This document shows, one piece after another, positions 1-13,327 of a DNA stretch of 64,000 nucleotides. Origin of the DNA: Octopus sinensis (taxonomy: Eukaryota). The number at the start of each line of letters is the position of its first letter. Position 1 is the stretch's first letter. The stretch is from contig NC_043000.1 in the NCBI RefSeq assembly GCF_006345805.1, positions 30,194,001 to 30,258,000 on the forward strand, read 5' to 3'. A program made the translations under genes and the position numbers. The notes under the pieces were generated by a model. The model ran no database searches. It had not been told where the DNA came from and saw only the letters and a list, made by a program, of their open reading frames with translations.

Positions 1-425
1 GTTTCAATGTTTCTGTCGGTGGTCGTCTGCTTCTTCCATTGTGTGAATGTGAACACTTTATGTGATCATAAAGCTACTTCATATACAGTAGAGATATATA
101 GGAACATTTCTGAGTGAAGAAAAGCCTCCTCCATCCGTATAACTCTCATTTACTGTGAGAATATTATTGATTTCAAGCAAATTATTGACTTATTTATTTC
201 TTTGCATCCTAGAAAACCTATTCTAGTGAAATTATCTAAATAAAGTGACATAGAAAAAAAAACCTTATTAATTATTTTCAATTATTCAGGAAAACATTTG
301 TTGAATATATCATTGTGAATTAGAGGGTTAATTGATGTATTTTGAATATCAAGAAAAAAAAAACTTCCCTGGTCGAAAATTCGTTCGTGTCCATGAGAAA
401 TACTTATTTCTACTTTGCAAATAAA

Positions 426-645
426 ATCAGCAAGCTGTCCGAATCGTTAGCTCGTCGGACAAAATGCTTAGCGATATTTCTTACAACCCATGGCCTTCTG
501 GATTTAAATTCATTTAAGGTCGACTTTGCTTCTTAGCCTTCCGTGCTTGTTTAAATAGATATCAATGAAGCACTAAATCAATGTAAGCGACGTACCTCAT
601 TCCCTAAAATTGCCGATCTTGTGCCAAAATATGAAAGTATTATTC
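426..645 (+). mobile_element. SINE group A, old degenerate monomer
   Basis: Matches the group A consensus seen at 12259 and 50079 (aatcgttagc..aaatgcttagcg..aggtcgactttgc..cttgtgccaaaat). Confidence 0.7.
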
Positions 646-654
646 CGTAAGTAG

Positions 655-855
655 AAGCAACAAACTGACCCAATCTATTCCACACCAAACAGAAGGCTTA
701 GGAATTCTTCTTTCGTGTTTTTACGTTCTGAATTCAAATTCCGTCCAGATCGACTATGCCGATAAAATAAGTACCAGCTAATGATTTGGGCCGATGTAAA
801 CGTATTGTCACGCCAGTAAAATTACTGGCCACGTACCGAAATTTGAAACCATAAT
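655..855 (+). mobile_element. SINE group A, degenerate
   Basis: tacgttctgaattcaaattccg..gataaaataagtaccag. Confidence 0.65.
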
Positions 856-1646
856 TACGTATGTAAAGCAGTGTATGGCAAGAGGAGATATCTGTCAATT
901 TCCAAAGCAATTATACTACATTACAAAGAAGAAAAACAAAAGCGAATACATTTTGATTTATTATTAAACTGTGTGATGCAATTTAAAAGTTAAATGAGAG
1001 AAATTTCAGCTGTCATAAGTGGAATAAATTTAAATTATTCTCAACTATTCTCCAAATTTTAGATTTATGCTGATAATTCTGAAATATAGATCTTACTATT
1101 TCAGTGATGCAATATCGATTTCTGAATATGTCATATATCCTTCAGTTGCAGAGAGAAGATTTTATGGATTGAATCGGCATCCATATATGATTGGTAACTC
1201 ATTTTATTGATCCTGTAGGGATACGATATTCTATTTTACTAATTCTATTTTTGAATATATACACGCATACATACATTTACTCGTGTATTTATGCATGCAT
1301 ACATGAATTTATGTGTAGACATGTGTGTATATCTACATATACACTCGCTACTTGAATGGTAGATGATACTACAAAACAAGTATTAAAATGACCTTACATT
1401 CTACCAGTTAGTGCTATTAAGTTAGACATGGCTTGAGCCAATTTAGGGTTGAAGCATATCTAAGCCTAAGCTTATATAAGTTTGTGAGTGTGTACAAATC
1501 AGGGAAATACTCCAAAGAGGAATGTGTTCCTGTAATTGACAATTTTGCGCGACTTATGCCATTTGGAGAATATTTTGAAAAGAACATGACTTTTATGTGA
1601 AGGGAACGATAGTACACAGACCAAAGTTTAAGTCCAACAAATTTCT

Positions 1647-1864
1647 TTGAGCGGAAACACCTAAAGCTCCACGAGGCTCCGGCAGGGGGTGATGGCGATC
1701 CCTGCTGTACTCTTTCGCCACAACTTTCTCTCTTTCTTCTGTTGGCCTGCTCGCTTAGCCAGCGGGGTGGCGTCATTTGAAGGCTAAAACAATGCGAAGC
1801 GCATTGTGACCAGCGAGATGTAGCAACATCTGATAGCCTGGTCGGTCACGGTGATCACGGTGAT
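1647..1864 (+). mobile_element. SINE group C body with alternative tail 2, 5'-truncated
   Basis: gagcggaaacacctaaagctccacgaggctccggcagg body followed by the gccagcggggtggcgtcatttgaaggctaaaacaatgcg tail. Confidence 0.8.
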
Positions 1865-1990
1865 ATATATATATATATATACATATGTATATATATATAT
1901 ATATATATGCATACATATAGATATATATATATATTTGTGTGTGACTGTGTCTATATATACATATATATATATGTATATGTATAGATACAC
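1864..1990. repeat. (TA)n-rich compound microsatellite
   Basis: direct reading. Confidence 0.95.
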
Positions 1991-2085
1991 ACATTCACAC
2001 ATATTGGTCTGTTGTAGCATAATTTGCAATGTACGGAAATAGTCTTCATTCCATGTTTATTTTCCATCGTTATATATTCATATAT

Positions 2086-2466
2086 GTGGGGAGTCGTAAT
2101 GGCCCAGTGGTTAGGGCAGCGGACTCGCGGTCATAGGATCGCGGTTTCGATTTACAGACCGGACGTTATAAGTGTTTATTGAGCGAAAACACCTAAAGCT
2201 CTACGATGCACAGGCAGGGTTGCTAGCGAACCCTGCTGTAACCTTTTACAACAACTTTCTCTAACTCTTTGTTCCTGTTTCTGTTGTACCTGTATTTCAA
2301 ACGACCAGTCTTGTCACACTCTGAGTCACGCTGAATCTCCCCGAAAACTACGTTAATGGTACACGTGTCTGTGAAGTGCTTAGCCACTTGCAAGTTAATA
2401 CCACGAGCAGGCTGTTCCGTTGATTGGATCAACTGGAACCATCGTCGTCGTAACCGTCGGAGTGCC
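2086..2466 (+). mobile_element. SINE group C, full length, tRNA-derived head
   Basis: A-box-like tggcccagtgg, B-box-like ggtttcgatt; near-identical reverse copy at 59514-59878. Confidence 0.9.
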
Positions 2467-2896
2467 ACGCTATACTGCTGTGAAATATGACATATTTAGT
2501 CATTTGATTCATGTATGATTTTGTAAAGGAAAAATATAAAACAACACAAGAAAAACGAATAAAAGAACCTTCAAAGATTCAGTTGTCATTTCAATTCTAA
2601 ATTTTGGTATTTGCTATTTTTCCCCATTGAGAGGTCAGAGTCCAATACTATGGACGTCTGATCAAAATTTCGAAGGAAATAATCGCAAGACCGAATCTTC
2701 AAGCCGATCCAACTGGTAGGACACACACACACACACACACATAATTGTTTATGTGTGTATATGTATCTGGTGTGTATGTGTATGTGAGTGTATGAGTGTT
2801 GTGTCTGTTTGTCCCACAACCAGTATTGTTGTGGTTACGTGCCCATAATCTAACAGTTCGGCAAGAAACTGAGAGAAGTAAAATACTTATAAATGT

Positions 2897-3205
2897 TTTG
2901 TTTGTTTGTTCCTTCTCGATCCATCCCTTGCTCATAAGGGCCGGTTTACCGATTTCTTTGGCGTATAGGTTCCCCACCTGAACGAGACGCCAGTTCGTCG
3001 TAGGTGAGCTGCAAGATGCAGGAGGAAAGAGTGAGGGAAAGTTGTGGCGAAAGAGTCAGCAGAAATTAGCCACTACTTTCTGCCGGAGCCGAGTGTAGCT
3101 TAGGTGTTTCGCTCATAAATAAACACATCGCCCGGTCTGAGATTTGAACCCGCGATCCCTCGACCGCGAGTCCGCTGCTCTATCCACTAGGCCATGTGCC
3201 TCCAC
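2897..3205 (-). mobile_element. SINE group C head/body with tail 3, inserted into an old group B SINE
   Basis: 12-bp TSD acttataaatgt (2885-2896) / acttaaaaatgt (3206-3217); group B 3' sequence continues on both sides (about 2800-2884 and 3218-3302). Confidence 0.85.
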
Positions 3206-3342
3206 ACTTAAAAATGTAATGTTGTTGATACATTCAACTAAAAATTCCTCAAAGTTGTGCCCCAGTATGGCCACATTAAAATGACTGAAACGAATAAAAG
3301 ATGTAACAACTAGGATTTTATCAAAACTTATTGTCTTGAATA

Positions 3343-3852
3343 CCGTAAATCCTCGAGTATAGTCCGCCCTTGAGTATAATATGCAAGGGATTTTTAGGGG
3401 GCTGTACCTCTGAAAAACTTAAACCTTGTGTATAATACGCACCCCTTCTCTAACTTGAGTCAAGGAGGTCTATATGACGTCCTTGGGTTGTAAAAATGTA
3501 TACGGTAACGTCCTTTATTATTATTGTATATATAACATAATGCAAACGTGTAGCTTTTTGTGCATTTTGTTTGCAGAAAATAAAGAAATAACAGTAATAA
3601 CGTTTAATAAATGTTGCTTACTGCAAGTTATGGATGATTCTTTTATGACTTCATTGCTTTTAGGCTTAGCTTAAGGTATTTTCGCGCCCGGCATCACAAA
3701 ATGTGTCTGAATAAACATTGCCGGACAGCAAATAGAGACTCGGACATTGCTTAGAAAATATTTTTCATTTTTAACCTCGTTTATAGTACGCACTAGGGAT
3801 TTTCACCTTTAAATTTCGGGGGAAAATGCGGATTATACACGAGGATTTACGG
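3343..3852. mobile_element. Tc1/mariner-superfamily (Tc2/pogo-like) MITE
   Basis: TIRs ccgtaaatcctcgagtatagtccgc / gcggattatacacgaggatttacgg (2 mismatches in 25); TA on the left flank. Confidence 0.85.
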
Positions 3853-6244
3853 AAATCGCACTTTCTATGATCTGAAATCAGTGATGTGTATTTTGTGGAC
3901 AATTGAATCGTTTCCTCTTTCTTGACAATTAATGCTGTAAAAACACGTGTACTCCCTGCCATTGCAATTCACCGAACCTAAAGTCATCACATAACGTATC
4001 TTGTCAACCCATCTTTAACGAGCCTTTATTGATGTATGTGTCATAGCTGGATTATTTCCGTATGTACGATGGTATTTTCATTTGATTAAATTTTCATAAA
4101 CTTGTTTCAAGCAAATTTTATGCACTTTAATTAAGTGATATGTCATTGACTAATTATGTTTTTTCTGTTCTTTTGTTCTGTTTTGTTTTGGTTCTTTATC
4201 GGAATCGGCAACCTAAAATGTATTAAAGAAAAGATTTGAAATCGCATGAATTTTATGACTTCAGTGCATTTAGAAAAAAATACAGAAATCACTTAAGTTT
4301 CAATGAGGATTTCGACTTAATTCTGCTAATTGTAAATTGGTGCTATTGGAAAATATAATGCTGTTTTATAGCCATCGAGCAGTGTTGTATATCAGAATCA
4401 CTATAGAAGACTAATGACAGAACTAAAACGGAAATTATCTGCTTATTTATTGATTTGAGATGGCGATGTTATATTCCAGATCTTGTAGTCGAAATAACAG
4501 AGCAGGCTTTTCTTCGCTTGCAAGTCAACTGGTCAGTAAGGATATTGGCCATAAACTGAAGAAACCAGGGAATGTTTGACGTCAGCAAACATTAGTAAAG
4601 AGGGTAGATACAGCGAAAATGACAGTACAATCCCTCTTTCTCCCTATCTATCTATCTATCTACTTATCTTCCTCATTCTGTCGACTTAGAAGCATTTGCT
4701 ACATGGATCTTTGACTCTTCTCAGCAGTTGTACTGATCAAACTCTTCCACGGCTTCTCCGATCAGCGAGAAGATTTTTTTCTTTTTCTTTTGTGAATCTT
4801 AATTCCTATAGCTTTAACTATTCTCACATTTCTATGTCTTATGCCTGCTAAATATACTTTTACTCAACCGAGAAACCGGATTCTAAAATATTATAAACAT
4901 ATTCCCTGAAGGAGAACCCCGTTAAAAAAACACTTCATACATAACAAAAGTGAATGCTGTTATCATTTAAATGGAAATGCTGTTTTGTCTCAATAAAATG
5001 AACACGAAATAAAACAGAATATTTCTAGACTGTATTGAGGTTTAAAACACTGTAGGTCTATTGAGCTGAGAATAATGGCCTGTAAAATCATAACAAATAA
5101 CGGATACTTTCTTCAGAATACAGTTTGCAGTGATTGTATATTATTATTTTTACTATCTATGCATAATAAAGCCGAGGTCTGATCAATGTTACTCTATTCT
5201 GAAGTAACACCAGAATGTTGTAGCTATTGTAGCGAGAACGAAATATTCAACAAGCTTCTATAGAATTATTCCTGAATATAAAACTAATTTTCTACACTTG
5301 GTTAAGCATGCTGTTAGACATTATTAATTGGTAAATCGAGGGAAAGTTTCATATTCTTTATTCAGTTTTTCGATATTTATTTATTCTCTGTCGATCAAAA
5401 TGACAACAGATGTTAATGTGATTGCTTGTACACGTGTATAATTATTACATTTTCTAACAGAACCAATACATCTTACCAGATTAACAGCACAACGAACGAT
5501 GCAAATATGTTTTTTTTTTTTCTTTCTCTGCTTTTATTCTAAGCGCTTAATAAAATATTCTTTTACAATCAAAACGTCATTCATACTATAAATATTGACG
5601 GAGAGGTTGTATATTACACAAAGCCGTTTTGCTTTTTTTAGCTGAGCTAATACATATACGAAGCGGATTTATCACTTTCAATCGGAGATTTTATAAACAT
5701 GTTCTTTGCTTCTTCCAACATGTGTTCCTAATCGGCTTTTTTTCTTTTTATCTACTCTGCTCTGTTGCACAGTCACATACTGATGGCTGTTTCTTCTCTT
5801 CAATTGATTATATTATATACTGTAAAATAAAATAAAATAACAAAACGAGAAATATTAGTATATTGCATATACTCGCTGAATAGTCAGTTTTTTTCTGAAG
5901 CATAAAAAAGTTAATGGTTTGTGCAAACTTCCGAACTGCTCTACAACTGTCAGCATTATATCGAAACAAAGTTATGTACAAGCAGAGCACAATTTGACTC
6001 CAGGTTGCTATACATTCCAAAGATAGAACAGAATTTATTTCTAAAAACCAAATTAATTAAAATCGCTTCACCGCTGTGAAATTTCCCTCTCATAGAGTCC
6101 TGCTCGGAACATAGTGGCGTAGTAATAAGGATAACGTAATTCTTCTCTAATTTTTTTTCATTACTCAACAAGATTAATTATGTTAATGCTTTGTTATTTT
6201 ATTAGAGACATCGCTAGAAATCGTTGAGGATACTGGGTTCATCT

Positions 6245-6915
6245 GGAATTTGGCACAAGGCCAGCTATCTTGAGAGGTGGCTCAAATCGATTACATCGAT
6301 CCCTTTGCTTAACTGGCGCTTATTTTATTGTTTATCGATTCCAAAGGGATGACAGCCAAATGCGACCTCGGCAGGATTTAAACGTAAAAAGCAGGAAGAA
6401 ATGACGCTGCTCATTTTGTCGCACGCGCTACTCATTCTACCACCTCACTTCCTTACTATTTGTAAATTATGGAATTTAATAAAGTATGGGAAGAGGTTTA
6501 ACTGCAACAATATGATGCATGAGTTTATATCGTTGACATTAGGTCAGCAATTCCGGGGAAGGGTTTATGTCGATTAAATCAACCCTAGTGATCAACTGGT
6601 ACTTATTTATCGGTCTCGACAGGATGCAAAGCAAAGTTGACCTCGGCGGAATTTGAACTCAGAAAGTAATGACGTACGAAATGTCACTAAGCACTTTGTT
6701 CAGCGTGCTAATGATTCGTCTAGTTCGCCACCTTGAGGTGGGCATCATATAATGATTTCAAATTTTGGCATAAGGCCAGCACGTTCAGAGGAGGGGGGAT
6801 ATGTCAACTACATCGACCTCAGTGATAAACTGGTACTCTTTTTATCAACCCCGAAAGTGAACATCAGCGGAATTTGAACTCAGAACGTGAGGACAGACAA
6901 AACGCCGCTAAGCTT
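6245..6915 (-). mobile_element. Three degenerate group A SINE monomers (about 6245-6452, 6535-6735, 6755-6915)
   Basis: repeated reverse-complement motifs ggcacaaggccagc, actggtactt, gacctcggcggaatttgaactcagaa. Confidence 0.8.
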
Positions 6916-7269
6916 AAGGCTACATAATATATATCAGCATTAAAATTGTTCCACCTCCATTTACCATCACAGAAATCATCATGAGTTTAAATCTGATTTA
7001 ATTTTTATAAGGTGACCGCCATATCTGGAGTGACGTCTTCTAGTAAATTACTCAACATACACAAAGGGAATAGTTTCATAAGATTTATATTAAAAACGCG
7101 GTATGGAATGGACTGGTATCATTTGACACAGTTTCTCCACAGCTCTGATGCCCCTGAAGGCTAAACCGATGCAACACGCAATTGAAACCGTTTTATCAAT
7201 GAACAAATATTACGAATGCGTATTTATCAAGTCGTCCAAAAGTAGCTATTATACGAAAAACTACTAAAG

Positions 7270-7578
7270 TCTTAGTGGTTAGCGGCATTTGGCTCATGAT
7301 CGTCAGGTCGTGAGCTCAATTTCCGGCGGCGCGTTGTGTCCTTGAGCAAGACACTTTATTTCACGTTACTCCAGTCCACTCAGCTTGCAAAAATGAGTAG
7401 TACCTGTATTTCAAAGGTTCAGCCTTGTCACACTCTGTGTCACGCTGAATCTCCCCGAAACTACGTTAAGGGTACACGTGTTTGTGGAATGCTCAGCCTC
7501 TTGCACGTTAATTTCACGAGCAAGCTGTTCCGTTGATCGTATCAGCTGGTACCCTCATCGTCGCAACCGACGGAGTTC
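7270..7578 (+). mobile_element. tRNA-SINE with gtgtccttgagcaagacact body and group C tail 1
   Basis: tail ccttgtcacactctgtgtcacgctgaatctcccc..cgcaaccgacggagt shared with 2086-2466. Confidence 0.85.
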
Positions 7579-7594
7579 TCCTACTAAAGGAGGT

Positions 7595-7935
7595 AGACGC
7601 AGTATGATTGAATAATTAAGACATTTGCTTCGCAAGTACAAATGTCTGGGTTCAGGCCAGCTGTGTGTCATCTTGAGAAAATGGTATTTTCTATAGGCTC
7701 GGGTAGACCCATACCTTATGACTGAAATTAGGAAACTGCTATGAAGCTCTACGTTTGGATTGTATCACCAACTCAAAAGGTACAGCATTGTCGCAGAAAA
7801 CGTGTTACACTGATTCTACCTGAAAATTGGGTTAATGATACGTGTCTCTGTAATGCTTGACCAATTACTCATTAATTCCGGAGCAGGTAATTGAGTTAAT
7901 CGAAGACTTGAATCCTCCTCGTCAACTACGGAGAC
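7595..7935 (+). mobile_element. Highly decayed SINE(s): group B-like head followed by C tail 1-like sequence
   Basis: tttgcttcgcaa..gggttcagg..ctataggctcggg, then tacgtgtctctg..ttaattccggagcagg. Confidence 0.5.
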
Positions 7936-8013
7936 TCACTGCACCTCAGTGACAAAAATTGAAAAGTTATTACGTTATATTAAATATGCAATTTACTTAA
8001 TAATGGGAAGTAT

Positions 8014-8297
8014 GTGAAGGCACGTGGACTAATGGTTAGGGGCGTTGGACACACGATCGTAAGTTCGTGGTTTCGATTTTCAGTCCAACTGCACGTTGTT
8101 TTGTTGAGCAAAACATTTCATTTCAATTTGCACCAGTCCCATTCAGACGTAAATGGGTAACCATTCCCATCAGGAAAGAATTTGGCTGCGCTCACCTAGC
8201 CAGAAGGGGTGGCACCATTCGAAAGCTAAAACAATGCGGAGTGTATTGTGACTAGCGATGTATAACAAAATCTGATAGACTGATCGATACCGTAATA
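8014..8297 (+). mobile_element. tRNA-SINE with tail 2
   Basis: head ggcacgtggactaatggttaggg; tail gccagaaggggtggcaccattcgaaagctaaaacaatgcg shared with 1647-1864. Confidence 0.75.
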
Positions 8298-8480
8298 CAA
8301 GTTTAACTCCCGTTCCTGCTTTGATATCCTTCTACATAATAAAGTTATAAATTATGGCACCACCGCTTTGTTTACATGAATATTATACAAGTAGATCATC
8401 AGAGTAAGACCTCTGTATTAAGTTCGACGTCTGATCTGACCCCATTAGTCACAAAATTAAAACATACACCATGTCATTAA

Positions 8481-8803
8481 CCCATAGAACGCTGGGATTT
8501 GCATTTACATAGCACGGACTGCTGAGCACAATTTATGAAAATGAGATTACCACGCACACATAAAAAACAAAATATAGTTAAAATATCTTCTTAGTTATAT
8601 AAGGGGGAAAGTTTTACATCATAGGAAAAGTCATTAGTTGAACTATTACTCCTCCTTCATTCTGGGGGCGGGGAGGGCTATCGGAACGTTTGAGTGACAT
8701 TAGACCCCAACAAACATAAATTAAATGCATCTATCTGGGCCACAAACGTGGCTTGTCGAACTGTGCCTGACGGTCACTATCGTGGCCCGTCGCGCTTTAC
8801 GTG
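8481..8803. mobile_element. Possible piggyBac-type MITE
   Basis: TTAA on both flanks; degenerate TIR cccatagaacgctggg / cccgtcgcgctttacgtg. Confidence 0.4.
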
Positions 8804-9916
8804 TTAAGTCATTTTACTCATTAGCCAAATTGCATAAAATGGTATGCCAGATTTATATTCAGTAACTGTGATACAATACACAAACAGTGTAGAGATAGAA
8901 AAAAAGATTGCGAAGATGAAGAACGTAATTAGGATTAAATTGTCACCCATAGAGTACAATGAAGATATGAAAGCTGTTCTGCTGGAAAGAGAAAGAGGAG
9001 AAAGGTTGAATGAATTGTTTGGAGAAAAAGATAGAAGTGACAATGGTACAGTTTCGTTTCGATGTGTTGCCGCCGGTGGTGGCATTCGAAGATTTATTGG
9101 ATTATAATGGTGTATATAGTGGTTTTGTGCTAATTTTGTTTTAAAAAAGGAAAAAAGGAAAACCAACTGATACAAGAGAGGATATTGGACTGTGAGTAAA
9201 ACTTTATTGAAAAAAAGTAAAATGAAACTACCTGTTTATGAGAGCAGGTAAATCATTCCATACTCATTTTTCATTGTATCCATAATTTCACACGATATGT
9301 GTTTTTACCCCATTGTATTATTTTGACTGTTTTTGTGTTGTCCCATCTTTAGAGATGCCTTGTGCCTAATAAAAGAAATCAGGACGTTGGTGTTGCTTTG
9401 GCGGAGGTTTGCGCTCTCTGTGCGCTCTTGTTCATTTATGCTTTTACTTTTCGTACTAAATGCACTTTTCAACAATAACACTGACAGAATCACAATTCTC
9501 CAAGTGTATATCACACTTGTACTTAATTGACGAGCAGGATGTTGATGTATGGAGGAAGAGTTTGGAGATCAGAGTCGAATGCTTTAGCTCACTAAATGTG
9601 AGAGATAGAGGTAAGTCACCTTGCATAATTGCAGCATGAGCCAATCGGACAGGAAACCAATGATACAAGAGGCTACAAGACAGATGGAGTTCATAAGCTG
9701 AGAGCTTCTATTCCTTGTTTGCATACTAGACTTGGTCAAAGGCTTCTTCGGTATCTCTGGTAATACTACTTTTTTTCACAAAATTTCTGTAAAGTTGCTC
9801 AGCAGATTTGGTTTTCGGACAACCGTTCTGATGGTGATTAACAGACGGATTAATAGTTCTGAACTTTAGACTATATTACGATTAGAAAATTTCTGATCGC
9901 TTCCTCGATAGTAATT

Positions 9917-10382
9917 CAGTAATCCCTCGACTACCGCAGGTGTTACGTTCCCCAAATCCCCCGCGATAGGGGAAAATCCGCGAAGTAGAAACAGGGCTGT
10001 ACTGTATTTATTTTTATAATTTGCACATATTTTATTATAAATGCAAAACAACACCACACACTCGCCTCCCGAGTTCGGTTTTCTATCCAGTATGTGCGAT
10101 TCTTTGTTTACTCATCTACCATACACTGCATATTTTCTTTTAATTAATGTATTATACGGTGCACTACTATACTGTATTTTCATTTATTAATTTGATGGCA
10201 TGAAAATGCTAATTTTATCACAAAGAAATAAAATCTTAAAAAAAGAATATACATGCCTATCGGCCACAGAAACCCGCGATATACTGAGGTGTCCGTGATA
10301 TAAATTTACATGTATCAGCCAGAAAAATCCGCGATGTACTGAGTGCGCGATAGGTGAATCGTGATATAGCGAGTGATGACTG
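9917..10382 (+). mobile_element. Tigger/pogo-like MITE
   Basis: termini cagtaatccctcg.. / ..cgagtgatgactg+TA; homologous copy in opposite orientation at 13789-14256. Confidence 0.85.
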
Positions 10383-11443
10383 TATATTTAGGCAGTGAAC
10401 AACTCTTTTGAAGTAAAGGAAAAAATAGTATCAATGTCATAATTAGAAGAGAGAGAAAGGAGTTTGAAAAATGAGAGGGACAAAGGGAAATGAAATCCGT
10501 TGAAAGTAAGACAAAATGGAGAAACAATAACGAAATATATAGTGGAAGATATCAAAATACAGCATAATTTATTTTAGTTTTATTTGTTCTCAGTTTAGAA
10601 AATAAAAATAGCCGTGTCTGTTTATAGATGTTTTAATCAAGTCTTTAAATTATTGTATAAGAAAAGGAAATGATTTTGTAATAGTTCTTTAAGTAAAGTT
10701 CTGTTTATTTGTTTAACATCTATTGAATATTCACAATGAAGCAAGTTTAAAAATAAGATAAGAATAGAAACAAACAACTTCTAAAGATCATAGGAAAACA
10801 GGAAGAAAATCCAAAAGTATGCAAAGAGATTTTGAAACAAGCATCAAAGCAAAATGAGACAAAAAGAAAATAACGAAAAAAAAAGTGAAGTAGCGGAGAG
10901 ACTAAACAATTTCATTGTGGCGATTAGGTATAGTTGTAATAATTACTTTGGCCGAAAGTAATGAACTGTTAAGAGAAAGTACTAAATAACACGAGAAGGA
11001 AATAATGAGTTGTCTAATAACAAAATTACAGAACAAATGATGAACTAAACATTCTTTGCAAGTAACAAGCACATTTGTATTTTACCGGAGATCTTTACAA
11101 CATTGGTGCTTAGTTTATTTCAATCAACATTCACAAGTACCGCGATAATATTTTTACTTTAACAAACTACGTTGAAAAGTCATTGTATTAATTTAAGAAC
11201 ATATAAACACTGTACTCTTTATTTATTATTATTATTGTATTGTTTGCTATGAAATGTTCAAAGCATTGTTGTCGCACTTCCGTGACCTGGTCGTTGACAT
11301 AAATCTACTGCATCTCAATAGAAAACACTATTAAGAAACAAAAGACAGGATGAATGTTTATAAATATTGTGTGCTTTCATAAAGGCTCAGATAGTTTTTC
11401 CATAGGGAAAATATTATGGTTTCAATCCCCCAAACAGAACCAC

Positions 11444-11549
11444 TTTGTTGTTAACACAACGTTTCGGCTGATATACCCTCCAGCCTTCATTAGGTGTCTT
11501 CAGGAAATTTCGAACCTGGGTTCATATTCCTAAGGTATTTTTCGATGGA

Positions 11550-11581
<32 letters not shown>

Positions 11582-11607
11582 CTCATTCCTAATGTATTTT
11601 TCAATGT

Positions 11608-11640
<33 letters not shown>

Positions 11641-11790
11641 TATAAAAAACATCAAAAAATACCATAGGAATGAGAAACCAGGTTCGAAATTTCCCCAAGG
11701 CACCTGATGAAGGCTGGAGAGTATATCAGCCGAAACGTTGCGTTAACAACAAACAAGATGAGTACAAATATCCGTCGAATGTAAATAATG
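11444..11790. mobile_element. Inverted pair of Penelope-like pLTR fragments with hammerhead motif, separated by (ATT)n/(TAA)n
   Basis: arms 11444-11547 and 11650-11753 are reverse complements of about 104 bp. Confidence 0.75.
11699..11744 (+). ncRNA. Minimal type I hammerhead ribozyme motif
   Basis: ggcac-CTGATGA-a-ggctg..cagcc-GAAA-CGT-T-gcgtt; palindromic stem III ACGT; stem I is better paired in the inverted copy (gacac/gtgtt). Confidence 0.6.
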
Positions 11791-12019
11791 TATGAAATGA
11801 AGTGTTTTCTTCAAGAACACGAAGCGTCGACCGCTCCAGATATCGAAACGACATTTTTATGTTCATGAGTCTAAAAGTTGCGCTTCTCCATGTTTCTCCA
11901 ATACATTTCAAATTACTTCAACAAGTAGTGCTGATTGTCACATTTTTCCGGTTTAAGAATACTAACACAGTGGGTGACATCCATTTATGTAAAAGTTACT
12001 TTGGAAGTTCATAATAATT

Positions 12020-12187
12020 TCACATTTAACCACAAGGGCAGCAGTTTTGGGAATTACACCGACCCCAGTGCTAAACTGGTACTTTATTAATTAACCTGAA
12101 AAGGATGTTAAGCACAGTCGACCTCGGAGAAGTTTGAACTCAGAATTTTGCCCGGCATACTAACGATTCTGTCAGCTCGCTGCCTTA
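12020..12187 (-). mobile_element. SINE group A, degenerate
   Basis: gtcgacctcgg..tttgaactcagaa..ctaacgattctgtcagctcgctgcctta. Confidence 0.8.
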
Positions 12188-12258
12188 GTCTGAGAGTTCA
12201 TAGTAAACTTAAACAACTGGGGTTCAGTTTTCTATTTCAGAATATTTACTTTAATAAT

Positions 12259-12655
12259 GTGGCGAGCTGGCAGAAACGTTAGCGCACCGGGCGAAATGCG
12301 TAGCCGTATCTCGTCTGCTGTTACGTTCTGAGTTCAAATTCCGCCGAGGTCGACTTTGCCTTTCATCCTTTCGGGGTCGATTAAATAAGTACCAGTTATG
12401 CACTGGGGTCGATATAATCGACTTAATCCATTTGTCTGTCCTTGTTTGTCCTTTCTGTGTTTAGCACCTTGTGGATAGTAAAGAAATAGGTATTTTGTCT
12501 GCCGCTACGTTCTGAGTTCAAATTCCGCCGAGGTCGACTTTGCCTTTCCTCGTTTCGGGGTCGGTAAAATAACTACCAGCCGCGTACTGGAGTCGATCTA
12601 ATCGACTGGCCCCCTCCCCCAAAATTTCGGGCCCTGTACCTAAAGTAGAAAAGAA
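12259..12655 (+). mobile_element. SINE group A, young dimeric form
   Basis: head ggcgagctggcagaaacgttag; body tacgttctgagttcaaattccgccgaggtcgactttgcc occurs twice. Confidence 0.9.
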
Positions 12656-13327
12656 TATTTGCTTTATTACTTCATCAGTAATAAATCTCTGAGCGAGATA
12701 TAAATAGTAGCTGCACCACATCGTGAAGTATATTTGGCACTTAAATGTGGCTAACCCGTAAGAGTGGATGCTACTGTAGCTTGTAGCCTCAGGAGGACAC
12801 TTCCTCCAGCTGGCTATTGACACACTTTCTGTGCCCTATAATCAGTCTTATTCAGTTATAAATGCACACATTTTATTTCGATTTAAGTGACTGGTTTCAG
12901 AATTCCTTATATTTCTCTTAAAACTGATTAGTTTAGCTGTTTATCCGTATAACTTATATTAAATGTTGCTTCCATTTCCGTCGAGAAACTGCGTATCGAT
13001 ACTCTATTCTGGCCAGGTTTCAATTTTCCTTTTGCTATTGCAAATAATACTGTGTCTGATATCAAGATATACTTATATTATTTAGGCCAGGGATAAAAAA
13101 GAAAAAAAAAACGATAACTAATCGTGACTTGATGTTCATATGACAGGGTGTTAGTGGACATATAAAACATTGTCTCGTATTATCATCTCATTAATTTATG
13201 CAGGGTTGATAAGAATAGATTAAAACATCAAATATTAAAGTGTTCTGGAAGGAAGTGTATATATGGCCATAAACATTGTCTTCATCTATTTATGTGATCA
13301 TATAACATATCATTCAAGCATTTCGTG

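Noticed and set aside
2086-2165. tRNA-like heads here and in other SINEs
   Set aside because: They have A/B-box-like motifs but no intact cloverleaf and are fused to SINE bodies; not tRNA genes.
9305-9514. ORF with signal-peptide-like start (IYTWRIVILSVLLLKSAFS)
   Set aside because: Starts at GTG, has no recognisable mature peptide or splice context; likely chance.
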